In this document: one piece after another, positions 52,621 through 64,000 of the stretch | Layout: every line of letters starts with the position of its first letter | Position numbering within the stretch: position 1 is the stretch's first letter | Assembly: GCF_004010195.1 (NCBI RefSeq) | Contig: NC_057749.1 | Location: 25,087,248 to 25,151,247, forward strand | DNA: 64,000 bases | Direction: 5' to 3' | From: Chiloscyllium plagiosum | Lineage: Eukaryota | Position numbers and translations under genes: made by a program | The notes under the pieces: generated by a model | Told to the model about the DNA's origin: nothing | Databases searched by the model: none | The model's input: only the letters and a program-made list of their open reading frames with translations

Positions 52621-54799
52621 TGGAATGGAATGGATTCCTGTAGAAGTCAGTCATAGTTAAAAGATGTTGAAGCCCTCTTTCTGCCTAGAAGCAGCAACCT
52701 TTAGCAATCTTTGGCCTGTTACTAGTCACTTAATATTTTTTTAAACTTTAAAAGTCTGACTATAATTGAATATCTCCCTATTTCCTTCTCGGTATCACCA
52801 TTCTCCAAAAGGATGGATTCCATTCCAAGTTCTTATCTCACAAGTGCATACATCTATCCCATATTTTCTCAACTCTCTTCCTACTCTTAGTATGGATTCT
52901 CCATAGCTTATAATTAGTGATATGTTGAAAAGAGTCTTTGGTCTGCACGGTCAAGAAAGTGGGTGGTGTGACTGAGTCCATATCTGCAGATTGTACATTG
53001 GAACTTAACAACACAACTCCAACTGGAGTGAAAGCCAGCTTCAATCGGCAGGATTGGACAAGACCAGAATCTGGTATCTGCAGTGAGACCAGGTGGATGT
53101 GCTTCAGATAGTGTCTGACTTGACTGTCCTGTGTGGTTTAGTAATGAAACCTGCAGGAACAGCCATGGAATTGACCATGTCTTCAATCCTAACTCTGTGG
53201 TAATGTAACAAGTTGGAACTGCCTTGTATCAGGAAATAAAAGCTGGACAAACAATGTTTCTGAATGCTGTATGGTGCCTGAGTTGGAACATGTCCATGAT
53301 CCTGTTGGAGTCACCAACTGTGGGCCTTGTTGCATCCTTGGTCAAACACCGCCAGGAGAGTTTAATAGCACCAAGGAATTATTGGTGATCGAACTTTGTC
53401 GAAGAGTTGTAGCAAAGCTGACATCAGTGGGAATTGGTGCAAACTCTCCTTGGATTGAAATCTAATACCTAGTACAAAGTTTGTTTGGAGCCAAATCCCT
53501 TCTCCCCCGGACATCCCTGCAGTAATTGCTCAGCTTGGTGTATTAGCCCCAACCATTTTTGGTTCCTTTTTTTTTTCATTCTCCTTCTCTTGGAGATGCA
53601 CGAGGTAAGATTTGCAGTGTTCTATATCACTTGCATGTCATCAATACTTTTTATGATCCATGGATAGGGTGTAGGTGACTGGCACTATCCTTTATTGTCT
53701 GCTCCTAATTGCCCAGAGGGCTGTTAGGAGTTAAATACATTGCATGTTGGCCAGACCAGATAAGGATGACAGTAAACTATTTTGTTTTCAACGATTGGTA
53801 ATAGTCATATGGTTGCCTTTCAATTTTTAATTCCAGATTGGCAGATGAAATTTTGATTTAATAACCTAGTAGTTTTGAAACTTGTTTCCAGAACATTTAG
53901 CCTGGAGGTCTAGACTGTTAGCCCAGTGACACTATGATACGCTTTCCTGTAGAAGTCTTTGTGCAGCAAGACCCAGCCCATATTCAGTTTTGGACTGATG
54001 TGAAGTGTGTATTGATTGCCACTGAGGACTAGAATCTAACCATCTCCCTTCCACATTTAAAAGTATTACCATTCCGGCTCCTTGACTACCAACGTCCAGG
54101 TTAACCATTTCAGTGAGCAGTTAAGGGTGTCTCGTTTGGATCCGAGCAGCTATGGATGTGTTTGCCTTTCTCCAAAGGACGTTTGTGAACCAGATGGAAG
54201 TCCCCTCCAGATTTTTCTAATGAGTTCTATTCCAAGTCCCCAAAGACCTTGGAGTTTGAAATAATCTGCCAGCCGTCTGGCGCCTCTGGATTGCTCGGTC
54301 AGTGACACCTACATAGGTACAGTAGCATAACTGTCTGTATTTTCGCTTCAGTTGTAAAGGAGTTATACCAGACTTTAACTCTGTTTCCCTCCTCTCAGAT
54401 ACTGCCAGACCTACTGAGTTCCTACATGTTACATTAGCTTAGTGGTTGAGAGGTATCTATTTGGTGCACGGAAAACTTTAAAACCCTGAAACTGCTTTTA
54501 TCTTTCCAACTCTGAGCGACTGTTTCTTTTAAGATTTTTTTTTCCCCATTCTGGCTGCCTACATCAAAAGTAAGTGTCCCAGATCAAACCTTTTTTGTTC
54601 CTCAATCCTTTCAACAGTTTATTCATGTGAACTGTCAAAGATCTTTTGAAGTTAACAATATTTTATCTCTCCATCAAACCATTAAAGAATTGGAGAAAAA
54701 CTAATTTGTCAAATGTAGCATTAATTCACTCCTTTATGCTAATGTTTATTAGCTCGGGTTACTCGCTCATAAGATGCAAAAGCAGAAGGTGTCTATTAG

Positions 54800-55830
54800 T
54801 CCATTGCATCTACTGTCGTTCAGTGAGATCATGGCTCACCTGATAATCCAAGGTCCACTTTCCTGCCTTGACCCCATCATGCTCGATTTCTCTAGCGCTC
54901 ACTTGTGCTGTCTGACCCTCGAATACTTTATGATCTAGTCTGGATATGATAAAAATTCCACAGATTCACTATCCTCTGGGAAGAGATTTCTGATGCCTTA
55001 AATGGACTGCGCTTCACTTTAGGTTATGTCCTCTGCTCCTAGATGCTTTGCCCAAGGGAAAACATTCTCCACGTCTACCCTGTCAAGTTCTCTAAAAATC
55101 TTAGTTTTTTTTTTAAAAGTAAGTCTCCACTTTTTTTTAAATTCTAATAAGTTTGGATCTAAACTCGTGGGGTTTCTTCCCCTGTTAAATCCTTCCATGC
55201 TCTGAAACAGCCTAGTTAAGCTTCTCTGGATAGCCTCGACTGACTGACTGACCATCTCCCTTTAGGTAAGGGGCCTGAAACCTCTCCACACCGCGCGCCC
55301 CCCCTTCATCTTTCTCTAGATATGGTCTGACTTGTGCCATGTATAGCTTTAACAAGACTTCCCTGATTTTTATACTCTGTTTCCCTTGAAATAAAGGCCA
55401 ACATTCCATTTGCCGTTCTGATTACCTGCCGCAGAACTTGGAAGCTAGCTTTAGTGATTTGTGCATGAGGATTCCTAAATAATTGTGCTCTGGTCTTCTG
55501 CAATTTTTCTCCATTTTAAGTAATATTAAGCTCCTCCTCTTTCTGTCAAACTGCCTTACCTCCCTTTCCTATATATTCCATCTGTCAAACTTTTGCCCAC
55601 ACCCTTACAATGTCTGTATCCATCTGCAATCCTTGTACTTGCCTCTTCCCCATGTGTGACCCCCAATAACTTGGTTCATTTGCAAATTTGGAGGTAGTAT
55701 ATTTGTTTCTTCCAAGTCCATTACTATCAATTGTAAATCATCGTGGCCCCAGCCTGATCTCAGTGTCACCTCCATTATAGGTGGTCCTCCTCTAAATGGC
55801 CTCTTTATCTCCACTCTTTTCTACTAATTA
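54800..55830 (-). mobile_element. Old L2/CR1-group LINE relic
   Basis: ANGMLAFISR, EVLLKLY..VRPYLE and EAIQRSLTRL relics. Confidence 0.75.
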
Positions 55831-56567
55831 GCCAATCCCATATTTTCCCTTAATTTTCCAATTAACCTTTTCCGATGTTACATGCATCTGGTGCACGCAG
55901 GACTTGAACCTGGGCCTTGTGGTGTGGTGGTAATGTCCCTACCCCTGGACCAGAAGAATCTAGGCTAATATTTAACTTCAATACCATGGGCTGTTACTGC
56001 ACATAAGGCAGAGGTGGGTGCTGCAGATGCTGGATATTAGAGTCAAGATTAGAGTGGTGCTGGAAAAGGACAGCAGGTCAGGCAGCATTCGAGGAACAGG
56101 AAAATCGACATTTCAGGCCCTTCCTGATGAAGGGCTTTTGCCTGAAACATAGATTTTCCTGCTCCTCAGATGCTGCCTGACCTGCTGTGCTTTTCCAGCA
56201 CCACACTAATCCTGTTACTGCGCATAAGGCTACTTAACGTATTTTGGCAAACATTTTTCCAGAAACACTTGTCCAATGCTTTTCCTCTATTCTATTTGCA
56301 TCCTCAACAAATCCTAGTAAATTTGTCAGAGATGATTTCCCTTCGTGAAACTGTACTGATTCTGTTTGCCTTTATAACACTGGTAATATACATAGATCCC
56401 TGAAAGTTGCCACCCAGGTTGGTAGGGCTCTTAAAGGTGGTGTGCGGTGTGTTAGCTTTTATTGGTAGAGGGATTGAATTTGAGTCATAAGGTCATGCTG
56501 CAGCTGTACAAAGCTCTGGTGTGGCCACACTTGGAGTATTGTGTACAGTTCTGGTCACCACATTGTG
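55748..56567 (+). repeat. Left arm of a ~820 bp inverted duplication
   Basis: Reverse complement of 58179-58996, spanning several unrelated repeat pieces and intervening sequence. Confidence 0.95.
56010..56211. mobile_element. Palindromic Penelope-derived element with 19 bp TSD (duplicated at ~58535-58735)
   Basis: CTGTTACTGC(A/G)CATAAGGC at 55991-56009 and 56212-56230; ~80 bp inverted arms around CTGATGAAGGGC. Confidence 0.75.
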
Positions 56568-56587
56568 GTGACACCACAAATTTGTGG

Positions 56588-57650
56588 GTGTGGGGGGGTG
56601 GGGAGGGGAGAGGAGAGGGGGATTATGAGTGTCTGCACGAGGGAGTGTGCTTCAGGTTGTAAGTCTGTGAGAGGGTGCGTGTGAGTGTGTGTGGGAGTGT
56701 CTGCGTGCGCGTGTCTGCCTGCCTGCCAGTGTCTGTAGTGCAGGGGGGTCACCTGTAGTGTGACATGAACCCAAGGTCCCGGTTGAGGCCAGCCCCATTG
56801 GTACCGAACTTGGCCATCAGCTTCTGCTTGGTCACGTTCGCCTGTGGCCTGTCCCGAAGTCCACCTTGGAGGTCGGTTACCCGAAGGTCCAAGGTCAAAT
56901 GCCCCAGACCACTGAAGTGTTTGCGCCTGGGAGGGAACACTCCTGTCTGTTGATTATTGTGCGGTGCCCATTCATTCGTTGCTGTAGGCCCTGCTCTATC
57001 ACCAATGTACCATGCAACAGGGCATCCTTGCCTGCGGCGTATGAGATATGCAACATAGCCAATGTTGTCTGAGTACCTGCCACGTACACAGCAGGAGGTG
57101 TTGAGTCAGAGACACAGGCCCCCTCATACCCTCTCGCCAACTTATACCCCCTTTACACTCACTCAACCTCCTCCCCAACCACACCCCCCCACATGAACAC
57201 ACAAGGTTGTGGGGTGATTTTGAACTTGCAGAATCACATTTTATTTTGCTCAAAAACTACATGAATCCATGTAAGATTCTGTAAATCCTTTTTTAGATTA
57301 GAATCAGTCTGACCATTGGGGCACAGAGTCTCACACAGGGCAGCACACCTTAAATGCATTATCTGGGTCAACATGACACCAATTGTTAAAGTTACATTCT
57401 CAAGTGAACTTTAACAGTTTTGCAATATACATTTAAAATGAAAATGTTGGTTTCAGAAGATGAGAGACAACAACCAATCCAGGTCTTTTTCAATACATAA
57501 TTTCAGTTACATCACACTAAACTTGCTACAAATTCTGTGTCTTACAATCTCTTACTCCACAACCACCTAAATGAAAGAGCAGCGCTCCAAAACTAATACT
57601 TCCAAATAAGCCTGTTGGACTAGAAGCTGGGTATTGTGTGTGACTTTTAA
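56588..57650 (-). mobile_element. Penelope-like element remnant: GIY-YIG relic on - (56749-57110) plus oppositely oriented terminal sequence (~57180-57650)
   Basis: LQQRMNGHR, HFSG.GH...DLRV..LQGGL, QKLMAKF.T...GLNRDLGFMSHY. Confidence 0.85.
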
Positions 57651-57724
57651 ACTATTGATCAGTTAACTGAACAGGTCATTGGGAAAATATTGGCATTTAT
57701 TACTACATCCTTTTATAAATGGTT

Positions 57725-58360
57725 ACCATAGAATGTAGAACATAACAGCACAGCACAGGCCCTACGGCCCTCGATGTTGCGCTAACTTGTGAAACCAATC
57801 TGAAGCCCAAACCTACAATATTCCATTTTCACCCATATATTTATGGAATGACCATTTAAATGCCCTTAAAGTTGGCAAGTCTACTACTGCTGCAAGCAGG
57901 GTGTGCCACACCCCTACTACTGAATAAAGAAACTACCTCTGACATCTGTCCTAGCGTTAAAGTGAGGGGTGATAAATATATGTCCCCTCATGCTAGCTAC
58001 CACCATCCAAGGATAAAGGGTGGATAGTGAGAGCCTATTTAACCCTCTGATTATTTTAGGTCTCAATTAAGTCACCTCTCAACCTTCTCTCTAACGAAAA
58101 CAGCCTCAAATCCCTCAGCCTTTCCTCCATACCTGGCAACATCCTGGTAAACCTCCTCTGAACCCTTTCCAACGCTTTCACAATGTGGTGACCAGAACTG
58201 GAGTATTGTGTACAAGTGTAGCCACACCAGAGCTTTGTACAGCTGCAGCATGACCTCATGATTCAAATTCAATCCCTCTACCAATAAAAGCTAACACACT
58301 GCACACCACCTTTAAGAGCCCTACCAACCTGGGTGGCAACTTTCAGGGATCTATGTACAC
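57725..58360 (-). mobile_element. CR1-group LINE 3' end (same subfamily as 29150-30300)
   Basis: ALERVQRRFTRMLPGME; 3' tail at ~57730; runs continuously into the right duplication arm. Confidence 0.88.
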
Positions 58361-58996
58361 TACCAGTGTTATAAAGGCAAGCAGAATCAGTACAGTTTCA
58401 TGAAGGGAAATCATCCCTGACAAATTTACTAGGATTTGTTGAGGATGCAAATAGAATAGAGGGAAAGCATTGGACATGTGTTTCTGGAAAAATGTTTGCC
58501 AAAATAAGTTAAGTAGCCTTATGCGCAGTAACAGGATTAGTGTGGTGCTGGAAAAGCACAGCAGATCAGGCAGCATCTGAGGAGCAGGAAAATCTGTGTT
58601 TCAGGCAAAAGCCCTTCATCAGGAAGGGCCTGAAATGTCGATTTTCCTGCTCCTCGAATGCTGCCTGACCTGCTGTGCTTTTCCGGCACCACTAATCTTG
58701 ACTCTAATATCCAGCATCTGCAGCACCCACCACTGCCTTATGTGTAGTAACAGCCCATGGTATTGAAGTTAAATATTAGCCTAGATTCTTCTGGTCCAGG
58801 AGTAGGGACATTACCACCGCACCACAAGGCCCAGGTTCAAGTCCTGCGTGCACTAGATGCATGTAACATCGGAAAAGGTTAATTGGAAAATTAAGGGAAA
58901 ATATGGGATTGGCTAATTAGTAGAAAAGAGTGGAGATAAAGAGGCCATTTAGAGGAGGACCACCTATAATGGAGGTGACACTGAGATCAGGCTGGG
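58179..58996 (-). repeat. Right arm of the inverted duplication
   Basis: See 55748-56567; 2 bp shorter. Confidence 0.95.
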
Positions 58997-59392
58997 TTTT
59001 TTATAGATGAGAATCAGTCTGAATGTTGGGGTGCAGTCTCACGCAGGGCACCTCACACCTTTTTAAAATGCATTATCTGGGCCACCATAATATCACTTGT
59101 TAAAAGTTCACTTGAGAATGTAACTTTGGAAAAGTTCTCCAATATACGTATGAAAGAACTGAAGCCAACATGGTCATTCTAAAAGATGAGAGATTTAACA
59201 AACAATCCAGATCTTTTTTAATATGTAACTGAAATTATATCACACTAAACTTTTTGCTGTAAATTGTGTCTTATGATCTTATACTCTGCAGCCACCTGAT
59301 GAAGGAGCAGTGCTCCGAAAGCTAGTGCTTCTAAATAAACACGTTTTTAACATTGTACACCCCAGTCCAACACCGCCACCTCCAAATCATGA
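58997..59392 (+). mobile_element. Penelope terminal sequence, diverged homolog of 57290-57650
   Basis: AGAATCAGTCTGA...AATGCATTATCTGGG...ATCACACTAAAC shared; ends CACCCCAGTCCAACACCGCCACCTCCAAATCAT. Confidence 0.75.
59293..59327 (+). ncRNA. Minimal type I hammerhead ribozyme motif
   Basis: CAC-CTGATGA-A-GGAGC agt GCTCC-GAAA-GC-TA-GTG: perfect stems I and II, intact core, palindromic AGCT stem III. Confidence 0.72.
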
Positions 59393-59464
59393 TCTATAGT
59401 TACCTTTTTTAAATGTTGCCTCCCTTTCTATAGTTACCTTTTTTAAATGTTGCCTCCCTTTCTA
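59393..59464. repeat. 34 bp tandem duplication x2
   Basis: TCTATAGTTACCTTTTTTAAATGTTGCCTCCCTT twice, perfect. Confidence 0.95.
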
Positions 59465-62400
59465 AGTAAAAGTGTAACATTGGCAGATTTCCAATTGTCT
59501 GGGACTTTTCCAGAATCTAAGCTGTCATCATGACTACTTTTTGTTTGCATTGTGACTTCCCATGGATGATATTAAACATTTAAAGCATGAAACGCACAAC
59601 GCTTCAATCGCTTGGTAGTCTGTAGATTGTCTGTTCATGCTGGAGGAATAGCCTGTTGTTCTGAAACAGCAGGTATTCATGCAATCTCACATTTGGGGAG
59701 AGAGGACAATGTATAACTCTATCATTGCCATCAGTCACAACTGTGTGTATTTCTGAGGGAACCTCCCCTGTTTTATTAGTTTTGATGTTAATTTCCCTTG
59801 AGCCGTTGTTAGCAGGGTGCTGGGGAAGTTGGGATTGGCAAGGCTATGTACAAAGAGAAAAAGAATTGGCTGGAGCACGCACATGATCTGGCATAGAGGC
59901 AACAGGTCACATGGTGGTCTCCACACTCCCGGTCTCTGAGCAGTCACGTGTGGGTTATCTGCTGTTTAAAACTTCACTCTTACCTCCAGCTGTGATTTGT
60001 AAACGTCATATGGGTAATGGTGCATTCTCTTCACTGCTCTCTGACTGCAGAAGATTGGCAGGAGCCATAGTGTTAAGTGTTCCTGCTGGAGATTTGGAAC
60101 TGAGCAGGCAAACTTTAGACAGTGTCATTTGAATATTCCCAAATATAGTTGGACCAGTATAAAATTTCAATAAAGCTCAGTGAATTATACGGTCATGTTC
60201 TGGCTATCTTTCCAACACTTGAATCTTTTTTTTAAAAAGTTGTTTTGCGTACAGTTTGAAAGCATTGGGCTATTCATCAATTGCAAGGGTTTTTGTTTTC
60301 AATTAAGCTTTCAAGCTACTTTTTTTAAAAATTCTAATCCATTCCTTAAATACTTTAAAACACTGCATTTTTGAAAAGTTGTATCATTACTTTATTATTG
60401 TGTCCCTGGTGTGATATATCTTAAATCCTGCTTTAATTTCTCTGTTTTTGTTTCTGTTCCATAAATCGTGATCTAGCTAATTGTATTATCCGTGCTGTAA
60501 CTGTAGGTTGGGAGCACGATATTTTGAGGTCACACCCATAGGAGCCCCCACTCCCACCTCCCATGAACTTCTTTACACCACCTCTGTTTACTTCTTTACT
60601 TCCCCATTCACCTCCCAGGTTTAAAATAAACTGAGGCTTTAAGGAGGGGCTGATGTTTTTAAAAACATTATGAAGGCTCCATGACTTCTTAGACAGCTCC
60701 ACTTAAGGATTTTGCTAGGCAGGATTAGCTACAGCTGTACCCACATTTTAAAATTATACTTTGGGCTGCGTGGGTTGCTAGCAAGGCTAGCTTTTATTGT
60801 CTGTCTTAAACCGTCCGTTATTTTCTGAAACTCTGCCAGTGATATCGACTGGGAGATCAAGGGTAACCACTGATCTTGGGTCTAGTGGTCCAGATTCTGC
60901 AGCAGTAAAATGAAAGCACAGAGAGCAAAATGTTCCTCAGCTTTTGGCAGTTTCCTCAGTTAGCACTGGGGAGGCTACCATGCCGGTAATATAGCTGCCC
61001 ATCTAGTAGCTAATTGGGACAACCAAATCCTTTTCCAGTGCCACACAGGTTTTGGCTCTGATCTCCAGTATCTGCAGCCCTCACTTTCTCCCAATCAAAT
61101 GCCCAGTTGAGGGAGGGGCACCTCCTGCCCTGATCAATATTTTTGCCCCTGTTTTGTACGTAAGATTTGTACCTCGGTACAAATACCGAAGATGGTACCA
61201 TAAGAGGCCACACTGTAAAACTTTTCACTGTACTCCTGTACTTGAGTGCATGTGACAATAAAGGATATTCTATACCCTCCATACCCGCTGCAATAGGGGC
61301 TGCAGAGGCACTAGGCCACACCCAACAGGAAGAGCCCACTGTTTCTCATAGGGTTAAAATAATCGCACAACACCAGGTTAATGTCTGACGCCCTTCATCA
61401 GGTGGTTGTTTCTCTCAGGGGTGATTTGCCCAACCCTGGCAGCCTCCTTTGTCAAAACTGGGGAGTGGGTGTCTTGATGGGTAACATGGGCCAAGGAAGG
61501 CACAATTCTGGCTAATGATGCCCAGCCATCATGCCCTGCTGCTGGAATGTCACCCACCCTTGCCCAAGGCACTGCAGCCTATCTGCCTTGTCTTGGCATC
61601 TCCTTGTGGAAGATCCAGCAAAGGGGTGCTGCCTACCCATCATGCCCTGGTGGCAGCACTGCCACCAGGCCGCCTGATGTATTGCACCCACCCCTGGGGC
61701 TCATAGCTTTAATTGACACCTCCATTACACAGTAAGCTCCAGTGACACCCTGTTAACTGGGCACTGCCATCAAAAGCATCTCTGGATCTTGCTGCCGTGG
61801 CTCTGCCTCTGGCTGTCAGACCTGCTGACAGAACCTTCGCTCCTTTCCAAAATGAAAAGTATTTAGGCGAGAGTTAATGTTTCAGGGTTGTGACTGGTTC
61901 TGTTGTAAAGTTGCTGATCTGAAACATTAAATCTGTTCCCCTCTCTTCCCAACTGAGTATTTCCAGCTTTTTATCTGTTCTTATTTCAGGTTTCCAACAT
62001 CTGCAATTGCTTTGCGTTTGTTCATTCTGAAGGTTATTTGCGTTTGGATTCGGATGATGTTGGCAGACTTTGAAGGGACGCTGCTGTCTAGTTCAATCCC
62101 CTGCTCATCCAATCATTTGAGCCATCAGCTGTTGATTGTAATGGAGGCATTAGGTTTATATGCAACCCTCTGAGAAGCAGAACTCCCGATCTGTGCCACG
62201 TAAAGGACCAAAGGGCATGCATTTTAGAAAGTTCCTTTTGTGGTTTCTGAATGGCCACGTTCAGAGCTTTGGGACAATGAAACACTTGGTGCAGCTTTGA
62301 GTCACTATGTCATGTAAGAAACATGGTTCACCTGTGCACTCTACATTCTCCACCCCCCCCCCCCCAGGCAATATGACAATAACTGCATTAGTCTTTATTG

Positions 62401-63077
62401 TGACATGGGGTAGGTCCCCTCAGCTGGAGCTCATCTGCTCCAAACACACTCTTGTTTCTTGTTCTTAAAATTCTTTTGTTTTGGTTTTCCTCCGTTTTTA
62501 ACCTGGCAGCAGCAGTGGTGACGGCAGTAGCTACGCGTCTTGGTAGTTGGTCCCAAGGTGGTCGCTGTGACCAGGTGAAACTCTGATACTCGGTGGCAGT
62601 GTGGGTGTGGTGCCAGAGTGGGACAGTGGCAGCCTGTGGTGGGGACAGCTGGTGAACCGTGGAGGGAGTCAGTGACAGGAAGGCCTAGGGATTGTGAGAC
62701 TGAGCCCAGCGCGCAGGGAGTGAATTGAGCCCAGTGCGGGGAGACTTTTATTTCTTATTTACTACTTTATGCTGACAACTGTAACATTGAACTTCTGACT
62801 TATTTCTTAATTTCTCTACTTCCTTTACCTAAGATTTTGTACCTTTACCTAAGATGGCAACATTGTAAGCTTTCTGCTGCTGTATCCCTGTACTTGAGTA
62901 GACAAATCTAGTATAGACTGATCATGTCACCTGATAGCTACCCTGCTTTAATTCAGAGTGTCAGTAATCTGTTACTGGGGATTGCTTAGATCAGATGGCT
63001 GGTTTACACTGCAGCGTGATGGTAACAGCATTGGTCCACTTCCTGCACCAGCTGAGGTTATCATGAAGGACTCCGCT

Positions 63078-63172
63078 TCTCTCACGCTCTCTCGCACACA
63101 CACGCTCTCGCTCTCACACTCACACACACACACACGCGCTCTCTCTCAAACACACGCTCTCCCTCTCTCCCT
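63078..63172. repeat. Mixed (CT)n/(CA)n microsatellite
   Basis: Directly visible. Confidence 0.85.
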
Positions 63173-63174
63173 CA

Positions 63175-63378
63175 TGCCGGTGTTGGGCTGGGGTGTATAA
63201 AGTTAAAAGTCGCACGACACCAGGTTATAGTCCAACAGGCTTATTTGGAAACAGTAGCTTTCAGTGCGCTGCTCCTTCGTTAGGTGGTTGTCACCTGATG
63301 AAGAAGCAGCACTCTGAAAGTTAGTGCTTTCAAATAAACCTGTTGGACTATAACCTGCTGTTATATTTTAAACTTTGA
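63175..63378. mobile_element. Palindromic Penelope-derived element (second family)
   Basis: CAGGTTATAGTCCAACAGG.TTATTTG ... CAAATAAACCTGTTGGACTATAACCTG inverted arms with degenerate hammerheads at the centre. Confidence 0.7.
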
Positions 63379-63549
63379 TCTCTCTCTGAAGATAGAGAAG
63401 CCCTATGGTCAGGTGTGACTTTACACTTAAGTTTCATTCCTGACGGAGTAATATTCCACTCCAGTGCTGAGGGTATGTCAGTCTTGGAGTTTCATTTGGT
63501 TCTGGAATGGGATTTGAACCCAAAGCCTTGTGACTCTGCAAAATCAGAA

Positions 63550-63747
63550 TGGAGGTGAAAGTGAGGACTGCAGATATTGGAGATCAGAGTCCAGATTAGA
63601 GTGGTCCTGGAAAAGCACAGCAGGTCAGGCAGTATCCGAGGAGCAGGAGAATCGATATTTTGGGCATAAGCCTGATGAAGGGCTTTTGCCTGAAACGTCA
63701 ATTTTCCTGCTCCTCTGATACTGCCTGACCTGCTGTAGCTTTCCAAA
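63550..63747. mobile_element. Palindromic Penelope-derived element (first family)
   Basis: Inverted arms; CTGATGA-A-GGGC tttt GCCT-GAAA-CGTC core at 63672-63699. Confidence 0.7.
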
Positions 63748-64000
63748 ACCGGAATGGAACCTTGTTTGATCGGTGCAACAATGATACCCCCTTCGTCTCC
63801 ATTACGTATCTTCCAATGATTTGGAAATATTATGTTTGTTTTAAAACTTATAAAGCATGCTTTTTGATTCTGTCGACAAACCTCACAAAGCCGCTGGAAA
63901 TGTCCCATCGTTGTTTGGCCTCACTTTTTTGCGTAATTCCAATTATTTTCCTCACCCCTGACCTCTTTAGATCTCTGCCCACTAAAGTTTGAACCAAAAG

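Noticed and set aside
47000..64000. A downstream neighbouring gene (OAZ2 is adjacent in human, from memory), including TCCTGAT as an antizyme frameshift site at ~56122
   Set aside because: No recognisable exon or CpG island; the TCCTGATGA is the hammerhead core of a repeat.

Overview
Eukaryotic, repeat-rich vertebrate DNA, almost certainly a shark or other elasmobranch (dense HE1-type tRNA SINEs, CR1/HER1-type LINE relics, Penelope-like elements). The only host gene I can support is the 3' half of RBPMS2 (Hermes, RRM RNA-binding protein) on the + strand. Its coding exons are 769-831, 7053-7203, 13524-13672 and 41679-41741(stop), followed by a repeat-free ~2.2 kb terminal/3'UTR exon from ~44651; the 5' exons lie upstream of the window. 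Most ORFs in the supplied track are spurious or retroelement relics. Points of interest: (1) the terminal exon opens with an in-frame alternative C-terminus resembling the exon-skipping isoform of mammalian RBPMS; (2) a second 3'UTR acceptor has a CAC motif beside its putative branch point (possible autoregulation/NMD); (3) minimal hammerhead ribozyme motifs sit in Penelope-derived elements, one sense-oriented in the intron upstream of the stop-codon exon; (4) a ~820 bp inverted duplication flanks an apparent 1.6 kb inversion, with fold-back junction sequence and two micro-inversions. I see no evidence for a wholly new biological system. Repeat boundaries are approximate, and comparisons to human proteins are from memory, not from a search.
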